A stretch of DNA of 64,000 nucleotides from an uncultured cyanobacterium (GTDB lineage: Bacteria; Cyanobacteriota; Cyanobacteriia; Cyanobacteriales; Cyanobacteriaceae): contig CAVVOP010000020.1 in the NCBI GenBank assembly GCA_963749915.1, positions 96,001-160,000 on the forward strand, given 5' to 3'. Of this stretch, positions 46,162-57,533 are shown piece by piece. The stretch's first letter is position 1. Every line of letters starts with the position of its first letter. The translations under genes and the position numbers were made by a program. A model generated the notes under the pieces. It did no database searches. It saw only the letters and a list, made by a program, of their open reading frames with translations, and was not told the origin of the DNA.

Positions 46162-46418
46162 GAAAAAATCTGTCCTCTTGATCTGGTTTAACCTGGATTG
46201 CGACGACACCTCGGGAAGCATTTTTTACCTTGGGACAATTTGGCATTGCCGAAGCCAAACGAGTTTACGATGCACCCAATCTGGGCGGCATGCCCCAAAG
46301 TAAACGACAAATGATGGCCATCGATAAACCGTACTTTGATGTATCAAAACATTAATATTATTTTCCTTACTGAAAAAATTGAAAGATAATTTAATTGTTA
46401 ATTGTCAATTGTTAATTT

Positions 46419-47186
46419 TTATAAGTCTATTTTACGGACTAAACTATCTAAATCAGCAGGAGTAATATTGATATTTGCTAAAATATTTTTAGTAAAATAA
46501 AATAAAGTGTCTTGATCTAAATCGATAAAATCTTGAGTATTAAAGATGAAAAATAATTCATTTCGGAATTCCTCAACATATTTCCAAAAATTTTTTATAA
46601 TAGAATAACAAAAAATCAAAGGTAATTGTTGTTCGATTATTTCTGCTTCAGACTTGGATTTTGAAATATAATTAATGGCTAAATATTTGCCATTATCTTT
46701 ACTAAAAACTAAAGTGCATTTTGGTTCATTTTCTGCAAAAGAAAGAGACACAGAATCCCAATAATCCCAAGGAATTAAATTATATTTTTCCCCACATTTA
46801 GATTGATTCGACAATAAATTAGAAGATTCTAAAATTAATCCTTTTAAAGTAAAAATAAGAAAAGTATCAAATGTTTTTGTGTCAAATATTGTATTAGAAA
46901 AACTCTTTACTTGAAAACTTGAGCCGTAAAATAAAACAGATTGATTTTTACCTAAGGATTGATTAATAATATTTCCCACCGACAAGCTTTGATTTTCTTG
47001 GGTAATAACTAAGGCATCAATTCCGTTGTTAATATTTTTATCTCTATCATTACGAACATGAAATAAGGGAATTAATTTCTCCGTTTCTAGTACTAACAAA
47101 AACTTAATAAGTAAACTAGCGGATTGGGATTCATCGGGAAAAATACAGGTAAAAAGATTATCGAAGTTAGATTTAACCATAGTCAT
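46419..47186 (-). CDS. Hypothetical protein
   Basis: 255-aa AT-rich ORF; no motif recognised. Confidence 0.55.
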   Translation of the reverse strand: MTMVKSNFDNLFTCIFPDESQSASLLIKFLLVLETEKLIPLFHVRNDRDKNINNGIDALVITQENQSLSVGNIINQSLGKNQSVLFYGSSFQVKSFSNTIFDTKTFDTFLIFTLKGLILESSNLLSNQSKCGEKYNLIPWDYWDSVSLSFAENEPKCTLVFSKDNGKYLAINYISKSKSEAEIIEQQLPLIFCYSIIKNFWKYVEEFRNELFFIFNTQDFIDLDQDTLFYFTKNILANINITPADLDSLVRKIDL

Positions 47187-47322
47187 AATGGATCACCGTT
47201 GATAGTTGCTATTTATCTATCCAGTGATTTTTGCCGTTTTATGCAACTTGCCGAAAAAAATCGTTACTCTATCTCTAATTCTCTATCTATAATTAATTTG
47301 AACTTGATTTAATCTTGGAAAA

Positions 47323-47967
47323 ATGTTACTACATCCCCATCAGCGAACTAAACTTGATGATAGTGAAGATAGTTTTTTTTATTCTTTCCCCCGTTTTGTC
47401 AATCATGTCGATGATAATTTTATTAATCAATTAACCGAACTTTATCGGCAACAACTACAACCCCATAGCCGAATTTTAGATTTAATGAGTAGTTGGGTCT
47501 CACACTTACCGCCAGAAATGAAATTTAGTCATATAGAAGGCCATGGCATGAATGAAGAAGAATTAGCCAAAAATCAACGCTTAAATCATTACTTTTTGCA
47601 AAATTTGAACAAAAATCCCAAATTACCCCTGGAAGATAAAGATTTTGATGCAGTTTTATGTGCCGTTTCGGTGCAATATTTACAATATCCTGAAGGGATT
47701 TTCAGCGAAATTGTGCGAATATTAAAACCGAATGGGGTAGCTATTTTTAGTTTTTCTAATAGGATGTTTTATCAAAAAGCAATTTCTGCATGGCGTGAGG
47801 CTACCGATAGGCAAAGAATACACCTCCTTAAGTCCTATTTTCAATCGACACCGGGTTTCTGTCAACCACAAATAGTCGCAACCCAGCCAGAAATACCCGC
47901 CATTCTACAAATGCTAGGTATTGGTGGTAGAGATCCATTTTATGCAGTTTTTGCCCGCAAAAATTAA
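47323..47967 (+). CDS. Class I SAM-dependent methyltransferase (type 11-like)
   Basis: FY..PRFV.HVDD, ILDLMSSWVSHLP, VSVQYLQYP and FSNRMF. Confidence 0.88.
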   Translation: MLLHPHQRTKLDDSEDSFFYSFPRFVNHVDDNFINQLTELYRQQLQPHSRILDLMSSWVSHLPPEMKFSHIEGHGMNEEELAKNQRLNHYFLQNLNKNPKLPLEDKDFDAVLCAVSVQYLQYPEGIFSEIVRILKPNGVAIFSFSNRMFYQKAISAWREATDRQRIHLLKSYFQSTPGFCQPQIVATQPEIPAILQMLGIGGRDPFYAVFARKN

Positions 47968-48040
47968 ATGTTTTTCTCTGATACTTTTCGTTAGAATGAA
48001 ATTAGGAACTGTAGGCAAATTTACTTGGTATAAAATACTT

Positions 48041-48310
48041 ATGAGTGTTGGCAAAACAACGGAATCAACTTCTCTATCGCAACGGGAATTAGAAATATTA
48101 GAGTTAGTAGCCACTGGGTTAACCAATCATGATATTGCTGAAAAGTTGGAAATTAGTAAAAGAACTGTAGATAATCATATCAGTAATATTCTCACCAAAA
48201 CAAAAACCGATAACCGAGTGGAATTGATACGTTGGGCGTTGCAATGGGGAAAAATCTGTATTGATGAAATTAACTGCTGTGTCTTACCTACTCCTTCTGA
48301 CTCTAATTAG
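48041..48310 (+). CDS. pedR: Small LuxR-type redox-responsive regulator PedR
   Basis: LSQRELEILELVATGLTN..IAEKLEISKRTVDNHISNIL HTH plus the C-terminal WALQWGKICIDEINCC Cys motif; start at ATG 48041. Confidence 0.88.
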   Translation: MSVGKTTESTSLSQRELEILELVATGLTNHDIAEKLEISKRTVDNHISNILTKTKTDNRVELIRWALQWGKICIDEINCCVLPTPSDSN

Positions 48311-48359
48311 GGTTTGTATTTTTGTGCTATTCCAAGATCCCAGTATTAATTGTTCATAG

Positions 48360-49595
48360 TCAACAGTCAATTGCTGAGATTGCTTTAGCCGCCTCGGAAA
48401 TGGCGATCGCCGTATGAGTCCAATGAGTACCCCCTTGACAAAAAACGATATAAGGTTCTCTTAAGGGCCCATCAGCAGAAAATTCGGAAGTACTACCGTC
48501 GATAAAAGTGCCCCCAGCCATAACTAAATTACTCTCATAACCCGGCATTGGCGCTGGTATGGGGTCTAAATAAGACCCTACGGGGGAATTGCGTTGAATG
48601 GCACGACAAAAAGCCACTAATTTATCGGGACTACCGAGTTTTATCCCTTGAATAATATCCCTTCGGGGAAGAAAAGGTAAAGGATTGACTTCATAACCCA
48701 ACTCAGAAAAGACATAGGCAATGAGATGACTACCTTTCATCGCTTCGGCTACCATTTGTGGTGCTAAAAATAACCCCTGAAATAAGAGACGATTTTGCTC
48801 AAAAGTTGCCCCCCCACTACTTCCTATACCCGGTGCGGTGAGACGACAACAGGCTTTCTCCACTAAGTCCTCTTTTCCGGCTATATAACCTCCCGCCGTC
48901 ACAATTGTCCCCCCCGGATTTTTTATTAATGATCCTGCCATTAAATCTACCCCTACCGACGTCGGTTCAAGATTTTCGATAAATTCACCGTAACAGTTAT
49001 CCACAAAACAGACAGTATTAGGATTTTGTTGTTTAACTTCCTTGACAATTCGTTCAATATCTGATGAGTTTAAACTCTGTCGCCATGAATAACCACATGA
49101 TCGTTGAATTAAGACTAATTTTGTTTCCGGTTTTATGGCCGTAGTTAAGCCATGCCAATCAATGCCGCCATCGGCAGTTAAATCTAACTCTCGATAACTC
49201 ACCCCAAATTCTTGTAGTGAACCTTGTCCAGCGCCCCGTACTCCAATTACTTCTTCGAGAGTGTCATAGGGATGTCCAGCAATGGCTAACATTTCGTCTC
49301 CAGGTCTCAACACCCCGTATAAACAGGATGCGATCGCATGAGTACCAGAGACAAATTGAACCCTAACGGCGGCATTTTCAGCTCCAAAAATTTGAGCAAA
49401 AACCTGATCTAAAACTTCCCTACCCGAGTCATCATGACCATAACCAGTTACACTAGAAAAATGATGAACTCCCACACGATGATCTTGAAATGCAGTAAGA
49501 ATTTTTTGTAAATGTCGTTTGACTTGTTGATCAATTTCGGCAAAAGTTGGAAATAGTTTTTTCTCGGCTTCTTCTATTAATAAATCGGTGTTCAT
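48360..49595 (-). CDS. PLP-dependent methionine gamma-lyase-family (YnbB/aluminium-resistance) protein
   Basis: GYGHDD.GR, QFVSGTHAI, VDNCYGEF and AGSLIKNPGG. Confidence 0.9.
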   Translation of the reverse strand: MNTDLLIEEAEKKLFPTFAEIDQQVKRHLQKILTAFQDHRVGVHHFSSVTGYGHDDSGREVLDQVFAQIFGAENAAVRVQFVSGTHAIASCLYGVLRPGDEMLAIAGHPYDTLEEVIGVRGAGQGSLQEFGVSYRELDLTADGGIDWHGLTTAIKPETKLVLIQRSCGYSWRQSLNSSDIERIVKEVKQQNPNTVCFVDNCYGEFIENLEPTSVGVDLMAGSLIKNPGGTIVTAGGYIAGKEDLVEKACCRLTAPGIGSSGGATFEQNRLLFQGLFLAPQMVAEAMKGSHLIAYVFSELGYEVNPLPFLPRRDIIQGIKLGSPDKLVAFCRAIQRNSPVGSYLDPIPAPMPGYESNLVMAGGTFIDGSTSEFSADGPLREPYIVFCQGGTHWTHTAIAISEAAKAISAIDC

Positions 49596-49598
49596 ATT

Positions 49599-51281
49599 TT
49601 AGGGACAAAAGTAGCGAGACTCGGAATTATAAACATAAATAGTTTGAGCTTTTAAGGGATAATTTAACTCATTGATCAGTAAATTATGATGAATATTTTC
49701 TCTTTCTAATGTTACCTTTAAGCCTAACATGGGATCTTCACCGTCAGCCATTAAAAATTGTAAAGTAGCCAAACTTTCCCAAGAAGTAATTTGAGTTAAA
49801 ATATCTAAAATACCTTTTAAATAAGGGTGATTTTTATTTTTATACCATTGAGATTCAATCATATTAGGTTTGTCAAAACCTAGATGAAAAATCATAGATG
49901 GTTGGCTGAATAAAGCGATGGAAACAGGACGAGTTTCTTCTTGTACAATTAAGTTATTACTACGAGCTAAATTCCGCAAATTTTCTAATTTCTGATAGCG
50001 TTTTGTGGCAGAATTTAAAGGATTTTTCCATGTAATGGCCACGGTGCAAAGATAAGATTGTAGCAATAAATGTCCTAATTTTTCCGCCTTAGTTGCTAAA
50101 TAATTAGAATTATAATCATTCGCCTCGATAAATAATGGTAAACGGTCGACTATTTCAATACCATAACCCTTTAAACCAGCAATTTTTCGGGGATTATTAG
50201 TAATTAGACGAATCTGATTAATACCCAAATCATTTAACATTTGTGCACCCATGCCATAATCTCTTAAATCAGCAGGAAAACCTAATTTTTCGTTAGCTTC
50301 TACGGTGTCAAAACCTCTATCCTGTAAAGTGTAAGCCTTGAGTTTATTTACTAAACCGATACCGCGCCCTTCTTGACGTAAATAGACGACCACCCCTAAC
50401 CCCGCGTTCTCAATCATCTTTAACGCGGCTTGTAACTGCATCCGACAATCACAACGCAATGAGCCTAAAGCGTCACCAGTCAAGCATTCTGAGTGCATTC
50501 TCACCATAACAGGTTGATGAGAAAATTGGTTAATATCCCCCTTGACAATGGCAATATGCTCAGTATTATCTAAAGCGTTACGATAGGCATAAATCTGAAA
50601 ATTCCCGAATTGACTGGGAAAGTTACAAATTGTTTCCCGATAGACAAAACGATCGTATTTTAGACGATAACTAATTAAATCCGCAATACTAATTAATTTT
50701 AAATTATGTTGTTGAGCATATTTGTAAAGTTGTGGCAACCGTGCCATACTACCATCGGGATTTTGAATCTCACAAATTACCCCTGCAGGATATAACCCCG
50801 CTAAACGAGACAAATCCACCGCTGCTTCCGTATGCCCAGCACGTTTCAAAACTCCTCCTTTTTTCGCCCGTAAGGGGAAAATATGACCAGGCCTTGTTAA
50901 ATCCTCTGGTTGTGTGGTGGAGTCGATGGCTACTTGGATAGTTTTTGCCCGATCATCCGCAGAAATACCAGTACTTACACCTAAATGTTTCGCCCCGTCA
51001 ATACTAACAGTAAAAGCAGTTTGATTACTGTCAGTGTTTTTCGTCACCATCAAGGGTAAATCTAACTCGTCTAACCTTTCTCCCGTCATGGCAAGACAGA
51101 TTAGCCCCCTAGCTTCTACTGCCATAAAGTTAATCATATCAGGGGTTGCAAACTGTGCCGCACAAATCACATCCCCCTCATTTTCTCTATTCTCATCATC
51201 TACAACTACAACTGAGCGACCGTATTTTATCTCTGCTAAGGCTTCTTCAATGGTGTTAAATGGGATATTTTCTGTGGACAC
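49599..51281 (-). CDS. ribBA: Bifunctional DHBP synthase / GTP cyclohydrolase II
   Basis: [36 protein letters not shown]...CDC and QEGRGIGL. Confidence 0.96.
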   Translation of the reverse strand: MSTENIPFNTIEEALAEIKYGRSVVVVDDENRENEGDVICAAQFATPDMINFMAVEARGLICLAMTGERLDELDLPLMVTKNTDSNQTAFTVSIDGAKHLGVSTGISADDRAKTIQVAIDSTTQPEDLTRPGHIFPLRAKKGGVLKRAGHTEAAVDLSRLAGLYPAGVICEIQNPDGSMARLPQLYKYAQQHNLKLISIADLISYRLKYDRFVYRETICNFPSQFGNFQIYAYRNALDNTEHIAIVKGDINQFSHQPVMVRMHSECLTGDALGSLRCDCRMQLQAALKMIENAGLGVVVYLRQEGRGIGLVNKLKAYTLQDRGFDTVEANEKLGFPADLRDYGMGAQMLNDLGINQIRLITNNPRKIAGLKGYGIEIVDRLPLFIEANDYNSNYLATKAEKLGHLLLQSYLCTVAITWKNPLNSATKRYQKLENLRNLARSNNLIVQEETRPVSIALFSQPSMIFHLGFDKPNMIESQWYKNKNHPYLKGILDILTQITSWESLATLQFLMADGEDPMLGLKVTLERENIHHNLLINELNYPLKAQTIYVYNSESRYFCP

Positions 51282-51375
51282 AATTTAAAACTTACTATTG
51301 AGTAATGATTCTTACTCAATTTTACAGTTAAATTATCCTTCTTTATTATTAGAAAATGCTTAAGGGCTTTTGCCT

Positions 51376-51424
51376 TTGAGAAGCCCACGCCATAAACCTT
51401 TGATTCTGGCGATGGGAGTACGTC
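51376..51424 (+). mobile_element. Isolated IS200/IS605-type end remnant
   Basis: TTGAGAAGCCCACGCCA...TGGCGATGGGAGTACGTC imperfect hairpin resembling cyanobacterial tnpB right ends (recalled pattern). No tnpA or tnpB nearby. Confidence 0.45.
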
Positions 51425-51690
51425 TTCATATTAGAAGAGTCCATCAGAGGGTCAAAAATAAGTAAAAGCAAAGCAATTATAAAAAACAAAATAAATTGAG
51501 AAAAAAAGGTTTAGGCAAAAGAGGTGAAGTCTGTTGTTTTCTTCCCTTTCTGGCGAGTATCATCAAGGTTAAATCATAAGAATTGTATCTATTTTGCTCA
51601 TTACCTTTTTAAATTTGCTATGAATTTGCTATGACAAAGTATAGGTAGTGGGGGAAACACTAAATGTCAGCAAGGGCTAGAAATCGCAAA

Positions 51691-54600
51691 ATGATTAAAT
51701 ATGGGAAAAACTTGATCTTGAGTGCCATTGTTTGTATTATTATCGTCGGCTGTAATTTTGTGAGTCTTCAAGGAGGAAAAGAGCGTCTTCCATCTGTGTC
51801 TTCCTTACCCTTGCCAATTTTACCTAATTGGATTGAACAAATTACCCCTACGGGGGAAGCTAAACCTTTATCGCAAATTCTAATTCGTTTTAAAAATCCG
51901 ATAATTCCCCTTGAAAAGCTAGATACGCCCCAACAAAAGAATCTATTAAGCAAGTTTGAAATATTGCCCCCCTTAGCCGGTCGGTTTCGTATTTTAACGC
52001 CGAAAATGGTGGGTTTTCAAGCAGATAAAGCACTGCCAAAAGCCACAAGAATTAAAGTTACTTTAAAAACAGGTTTGTCAGACTTAGAAAATAATCGTTT
52101 AGAAAAAGATTTAGCTTGGACATTTAACACTGAAGTAATTCAAATAACAAATTTACCCGGCAGAACAAAAGACTCCGAACAAGAAACAGAACCCATTGAT
52201 ATTAGGCCGACCTTAGAGTTTAATTCTAATGTTGAATTGGATCCGGTTTCTTTACAAGATAGTATAAGTTTAATCTCCACTGAAAATCAAGATAAAATTA
52301 ATTTAAAAGTTGAATTAAAACCTGAAGACACTGACACGGAATATCCTCAAAATTCTTCACAAAAATTTGATCCTTCATCCCGTGAATGGATTTATACTAT
52401 TAAGCCCCTAAAAACCCTAGATAAAGCCACTACTTATCACCTAGACTTTGCTGAGGGTTTACGTCCCATTGATGGTAATTTACCCAGTGAATTTCCCTTT
52501 TCTAGTGAATTATTTACCTATGCACCTTTAGCATTTGCTCAAATAGAAAATTATGGAAAACCTGATCAATATGGAGCTTATGGACGTTTTGTTAAAGGTA
52601 GTCCTCAATTAAAATTTAATAACGGCTTAATGGCCACATCAGCAAGAGAAAATATTACCATTAATCCTACCCCAAAAAAAGCCATTAAATTAGTCCAAGC
52701 TTATGATGAAAATAAGATCGTGAGCCTTAATCCCTGGGCATTAGAGCCAAATACAAACTATACAATTACCATCGCTTCTAAACTTCAGGATAAATTTGGT
52801 CAAACCTTGGATAAACCTGTTACCGTAGAATATCAAACAGGAGATATAGCTCCAGAAATATGGGCTCCTAGTGACTTAAATATTTTTCCCTCAGAAACTG
52901 ATTTACAATTGAATATTTCTACTGTAAATTTACCTGATTCTCAGTATCAAGCGGCTTATAAAATTATTCAACCAGAGGATTTAGTTTATATTGATTCCGC
53001 TTATCCTAGTGGGCAAGATAAAGATTTATTACCTAACTCAAAAAATTGGTTAACTTCCTCTACAAAAGGTAAAAAAAATGAAGTTTATGATAATGTTATT
53101 CCCTTAAAAGAAAAGCTAGAAAATAACACAGGAATGTTGGCTTACGGAGTAAAAGCAAAGACAAATAGTTATGAGGAAAAAGGTGAAACATTGTGGCGAG
53201 AACCTGAATATTATGGCTTAGTACAATTAACCAATTTGGGTGTATTTGCCCAATGGTTTCCTGAGTCAGGTTTCGTTAAAGTTCATCATTTATCTGATGG
53301 TTCTGCGGTGAACAATGCTAGGGTAGAAATCTATGAATCAAAACTAGAAAATAAAGGGGACAAATATCCCCCAAAACCTTGTGCCATTACTCAAACTGAT
53401 GCAACAGGAACAGCAATTATTCAAGGAGAAAATTGGCAAAATTGTCTTGTGAATAAGGAACCGCCAAAACTATTAGTAATTGTTAGGGAAAATGAAGATT
53501 GGGCATTTGCCAGAACTAACGAATATAGTGGTGCTTACGAATATGGAATTAATGCTGGTTGGGATGAAGGAAAACCGTTATCAAGAGGTGTTATTTTTTC
53601 CGATAGACAATTATATCAACCCGGGGAAACTGCTTGGTTTACCGGTACCGCCTATTACTTAAAAAATGGGATTTTGCAACAAGATAAAAATATTTCTTAT
53701 CAAATAACTTTAACCAATCCTGATGGTAAAGAGGTTAATTTAGGTAAGCAAATTACTAACAAATTTGGCACGTTTTCCTTGAAACTACCCTTGGCTAAAA
53801 ATCAACCATTAGGCAACTATTCTATGGTAGCAAAAGGGGTAAATGGCGTTGAAATTTATGGAGATTTTCGAGTAGCTGAATTTAAGCCCCCTAATTTTAA
53901 AGTTGACCTACAATTAGATCAAGAATTTGCTTTTATTGATCAAAAAATAACCGTTAATACAGAGAGTAATTACTTCTTTGGTTCTCCAGTACAAGGAGGC
54001 AAAGTTAATTATTATGTCACCCGACAAAAAGCAGATTTTACCCCTAAAAATTGGGACAAATTTAATTTTGGTCGCCAATGGTTTTTTCCTGAAGAACCAC
54101 CAGAAGTACCTAATAATGTGTTGCAAGGTAGTGAAATTTTAAATACAGTGGGTAAAAATACTCAGCAAATTGCCGTGGCTAAAGATTTAGCTTATCCCAT
54201 GACTTATCAAGTGGAAGCACAAGTTACAGATGTTTCTAATTTATCAGTATCCAATTCTAAAACTTTTACCGCTTTGCCCAGTGATAAATTAATTGGTTTA
54301 CAAAGTGATTTCGTGGCAAATTCAGGACAGTCTTTTCCTGTTAAGTTGATTGTGACGGATGCGACAGGGAAGGTTATTACTGGCGAAAAAATTAAGATAG
54401 AATTGCAATCCATGAATTACAGCAGTGTCACCCAGTTAGAGGAAGGAAGTCGCATTTCTCGTCCACAAGTTGAATATAAAACAGTGGCACAACAGGAAAT
54501 AACTTCTAGTGATGAACCCCAGACAATTTCCTTTACCCCTCCCGATTCTGGTTCCTATCGTATTCAGGGCAATTTTGTTAATAGCAATAATGACATTACA

Positions 54601-57399
54601 GCCACAGATTTACAAATTTGGGTAACAGGGAATAATCAAGTTAGTTGGGGCGATCGCTTTGATAATAATCGTTTAGAAATTCAACTAGATAAAGAAACCT
54701 ATCAAGTAGGGGAAACAGCAACAGCTTTAATACAATCCCCCTATCCAGAAGCAGAATTATATTTTGCCGTCATTCGCCATGATACCCTTTATCATACTAC
54801 ACAAAAAGTAACAGGGGGTGCTCCTAAAATTCAATTTACCGTTACCCCTGAAATGTTGCCTAATGCTGCCGTTGAAGCGGTTTTGGTTCGTCAAGGTACA
54901 TCGTTAGCACAAACTGAACCCGGTAGCGTTAAAAATTTAGTTCGCATTGGTTTTGCACCCTTTAACCTCAACTTAGATAATCAGTATTTGCAAGTAAAAG
55001 TTATTCCCCAAGAGGCACGACAACAACCTGGCACAAAGCAAACCGTTGATTTAGAGTTAAAAGATAATCAAGGAAATCCCATTGGGGGACAATTTACCTT
55101 GATGGCAGTTAATGAAGCTGTATTACAATTAACGGGATATAATCCTCCAGATTTAGTAAAAACTGTTTACGCTGATCAAGATATTTCTACTCGCTTGGCT
55201 GATAATCGCCCTGAAGTAGTCTTGACTTCTCCTGCTTCCCCACTACAAAAAGGTTGGGGATACGGAGGCGGAGACTCTGCTGGAATTGGTGATACACAAA
55301 TTCGCAAAGATTTTCGAGCCTTAGCTTATTATAATGGCTCTATTTTGACTGATATTAACGGAAAAGCTAGTGTTAATTTTACCCTGCCTGATGATTTAAC
55401 TACTTGGCGAGTGATGGTAGTTGCTACGGATGGAGACTTGCGTTTTGGCAATGGGGAAGCAACTTTTATCACTCAAAAACCTCTTGCTACTAATCCTATT
55501 TTGCCTCAATTTGTGCGTTTGGGCGATCGCTTTTTGGGTGGTGTTGCTGTGACAAAGACCACGGAAAAACTTGGTAATTTAAGTATTAGTGCTAATGTGT
55601 CAAATAATTTTAGTTTTACCGAGGATTCTCGACTAAAAACTCAGGCAGAATTAGGGACAAAAGCCTATCGTTTCCCCATGACCGCTGATAAAATTGGTGA
55701 AGGAAAAATACAATTTTCTACGAACTTAAATAACCAACAAAAAGATGCTTTTGAGGTTCCTTTAGAAGTTAAAAATTTAGAAGTAACAGAACAGGTAATA
55801 ACATCAGGGATAACAGCTAATGAGGTTAAAATACCTTTAAATATTGATCCTCAAGTAAGACCTGATGTAGGAGGCTTAGAAATAATCTTAGCAAGTACCT
55901 TAATTCCTGAAATTAATATCACCGCTAAGCAAGTTTTTACGGCTGATGAATTGCCCTTTTTAGAACCCTCTGCCAGTCAATTAATGATTGCCGCAAATTT
56001 GCAAATTCTCAGGGAAAAATATCAACTAACTTTGACAAATTTTGAGCCTCTAAAAGAGGCTAATCAAGCCTTAGAAATTATCCAAAATTTACAGAAAGTA
56101 GATGGTGGATTTGCCTCATTCCCACAGGGAGAAAAATCAGATCCTTTTCTAACGCCCTATACTGCCAATAGTTTAGCACAAGCAAAATTAGCGGGATTTA
56201 AAGTTAATCCAATCCTATTAAAATCTCTTACTAATTATCTAGAGAAAATTTTAGCTAATCCAAATCCATCTAATCTTTGTAATACCTCAGTTTGTAAAAA
56301 TCAAATCCGTTTAGATGCTTTAATTGCCTTAGAAAAATTAGGAACAAAACGTGCAGACTTTTTAGAATCTTTATACGAGCAAAAAAATGAATTTGATTTC
56401 GTCCATCAGATTAAATTAGCTCGTTATCTTTCTAAATTTCCCGAGTGGCAAACCGAGACTGAAAATCTCACTAACAACATTCAAGAAACTATTTATACAA
56501 CAGGAAGAAATGCTACCGTAAATTTACCTGCAAATTGGGATTGGTTGGACTCTAAAACTACGGCACAAGCACAGGCATTCCGTTTATTTATTGCTCAAAA
56601 AAGTGCTCCTGAAAATTTAGACCGTTTATTAAAAGGATTGTTGGCAATGAGACGGAATGGTTTATGGAGTAATAGCTATGATAATGCTCAAGCTTTAACT
56701 GCTTTAGTTGAATATAGCCAATTACAACCAACTCCCCCTGATTTTCAAGCCACCGTTGAACTCAAAAATAAATTATTAGGAAATGTTCAATTTACAGGAT
56801 ATAAACCTTCTAATTATGACCTAAAAATTCCTCATCAAAATTTACCCAATGGACAAAATAATCTCATCCTACAAAAATCCGGTGAAGGCATGTTACATTA
56901 TTTAACAGCCTATAGTTATCGCTTACCCGGAAATCAACCGGGCCGCTTAAACGGATTGCGGGTTACTCGTTATATTCGTCCAGCTAATCAAGAGAATATC
57001 TTGGAAAAATTGGGACTTTATGCACCAGATAAAACCGTAACTTTACCCGTCGGACAAATATTTGATTTAGAATTAGAAATTATTACCGATCATCCTATTA
57101 ATCATCTCATCATCAATGATCCTCTTCCGGCAGGATTAGAAGCTATTGATAGCAATTTTCAAACATCTGGTAGCTATTTTCAACAGCAAGAAGATAGTTG
57201 GCAAATCAACTATCAACAAATCTATAAAGATAAAGTAGTGGCCTATGGCGATCGCTTAGAAGCAGGGGTGTATAATTTACATTATCTAGTGCGCTCAGTT
57301 ACTCTCGGAACTTTTGATTGGCCAGGGGCAGAAGTTCACTTACAATATGCCCCCGAAGAATTTGGGCGCAGTGCCTCCACAAAATTGGAGATAAAATAG
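51691..57399 (+). CDS. Bacterial alpha-2-macroglobulin family lipoprotein
   Basis: About 1900 aa; lipobox IIVGC; FSDRQLYQPGE, FRVAEFKPPNF, LPDDLTTWRVM, DPLPAGLEAID and YAPEEFGRS. Confidence 0.92.
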   Translation: MIKYGKNLILSAIVCIIIVGCNFVSLQGGKERLPSVSSLPLPILPNWIEQITPTGEAKPLSQILIRFKNPIIPLEKLDTPQQKNLLSKFEILPPLAGRFRILTPKMVGFQADKALPKATRIKVTLKTGLSDLENNRLEKDLAWTFNTEVIQITNLPGRTKDSEQETEPIDIRPTLEFNSNVELDPVSLQDSISLISTENQDKINLKVELKPEDTDTEYPQNSSQKFDPSSREWIYTIKPLKTLDKATTYHLDFAEGLRPIDGNLPSEFPFSSELFTYAPLAFAQIENYGKPDQYGAYGRFVKGSPQLKFNNGLMATSARENITINPTPKKAIKLVQAYDENKIVSLNPWALEPNTNYTITIASKLQDKFGQTLDKPVTVEYQTGDIAPEIWAPSDLNIFPSETDLQLNISTVNLPDSQYQAAYKIIQPEDLVYIDSAYPSGQDKDLLPNSKNWLTSSTKGKKNEVYDNVIPLKEKLENNTGMLAYGVKAKTNSYEEKGETLWREPEYYGLVQLTNLGVFAQWFPESGFVKVHHLSDGSAVNNARVEIYESKLENKGDKYPPKPCAITQTDATGTAIIQGENWQNCLVNKEPPKLLVIVRENEDWAFARTNEYSGAYEYGINAGWDEGKPLSRGVIFSDRQLYQPGETAWFTGTAYYLKNGILQQDKNISYQITLTNPDGKEVNLGKQITNKFGTFSLKLPLAKNQPLGNYSMVAKGVNGVEIYGDFRVAEFKPPNFKVDLQLDQEFAFIDQKITVNTESNYFFGSPVQGGKVNYYVTRQKADFTPKNWDKFNFGRQWFFPEEPPEVPNNVLQGSEILNTVGKNTQQIAVAKDLAYPMTYQVEAQVTDVSNLSVSNSKTFTALPSDKLIGLQSDFVANSGQSFPVKLIVTDATGKVITGEKIKIELQSMNYSSVTQLEEGSRISRPQVEYKTVAQQEITSSDEPQTISFTPPDSGSYRIQGNFVNSNNDITATDLQIWVTGNNQVSWGDRFDNNRLEIQLDKETYQVGETATALIQSPYPEAELYFAVIRHDTLYHTTQKVTGGAPKIQFTVTPEMLPNAAVEAVLVRQGTSLAQTEPGSVKNLVRIGFAPFNLNLDNQYLQVKVIPQEARQQPGTKQTVDLELKDNQGNPIGGQFTLMAVNEAVLQLTGYNPPDLVKTVYADQDISTRLADNRPEVVLTSPASPLQKGWGYGGGDSAGIGDTQIRKDFRALAYYNGSILTDINGKASVNFTLPDDLTTWRVMVVATDGDLRFGNGEATFITQKPLATNPILPQFVRLGDRFLGGVAVTKTTEKLGNLSISANVSNNFSFTEDSRLKTQAELGTKAYRFPMTADKIGEGKIQFSTNLNNQQKDAFEVPLEVKNLEVTEQVITSGITANEVKIPLNIDPQVRPDVGGLEIILASTLIPEINITAKQVFTADELPFLEPSASQLMIAANLQILREKYQLTLTNFEPLKEANQALEIIQNLQKVDGGFASFPQGEKSDPFLTPYTANSLAQAKLAGFKVNPILLKSLTNYLEKILANPNPSNLCNTSVCKNQIRLDALIALEKLGTKRADFLESLYEQKNEFDFVHQIKLARYLSKFPEWQTETENLTNNIQETIYTTGRNATVNLPANWDWLDSKTTAQAQAFRLFIAQKSAPENLDRLLKGLLAMRRNGLWSNSYDNAQALTALVEYSQLQPTPPDFQATVELKNKLLGNVQFTGYKPSNYDLKIPHQNLPNGQNNLILQKSGEGMLHYLTAYSYRLPGNQPGRLNGLRVTRYIRPANQENILEKLGLYAPDKTVTLPVGQIFDLELEIITDHPINHLIINDPLPAGLEAIDSNFQTSGSYFQQQEDSWQINYQQIYKDKVVAYGDRLEAGVYNLHYLVRSVTLGTFDWPGAEVHLQYAPEEFGRSASTKLEIK

Positions 57400-57533
57400 G
57401 ATTTAGCAAGATATTGATACTGTTAATAAATTCAAATTTATTTCCCCTAATGGAACATCAATGATCACTTGTCGTCCCTAATATAAAGTTAGGGGAGTAT
57501 TTCTCCCAAAAATATTAATCTTGGTTTATAATC

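Noticed and set aside
49599..50060. C-terminal extension of RibBA
   Set aside because: Such extensions are usual in cyanobacterial RibBA.
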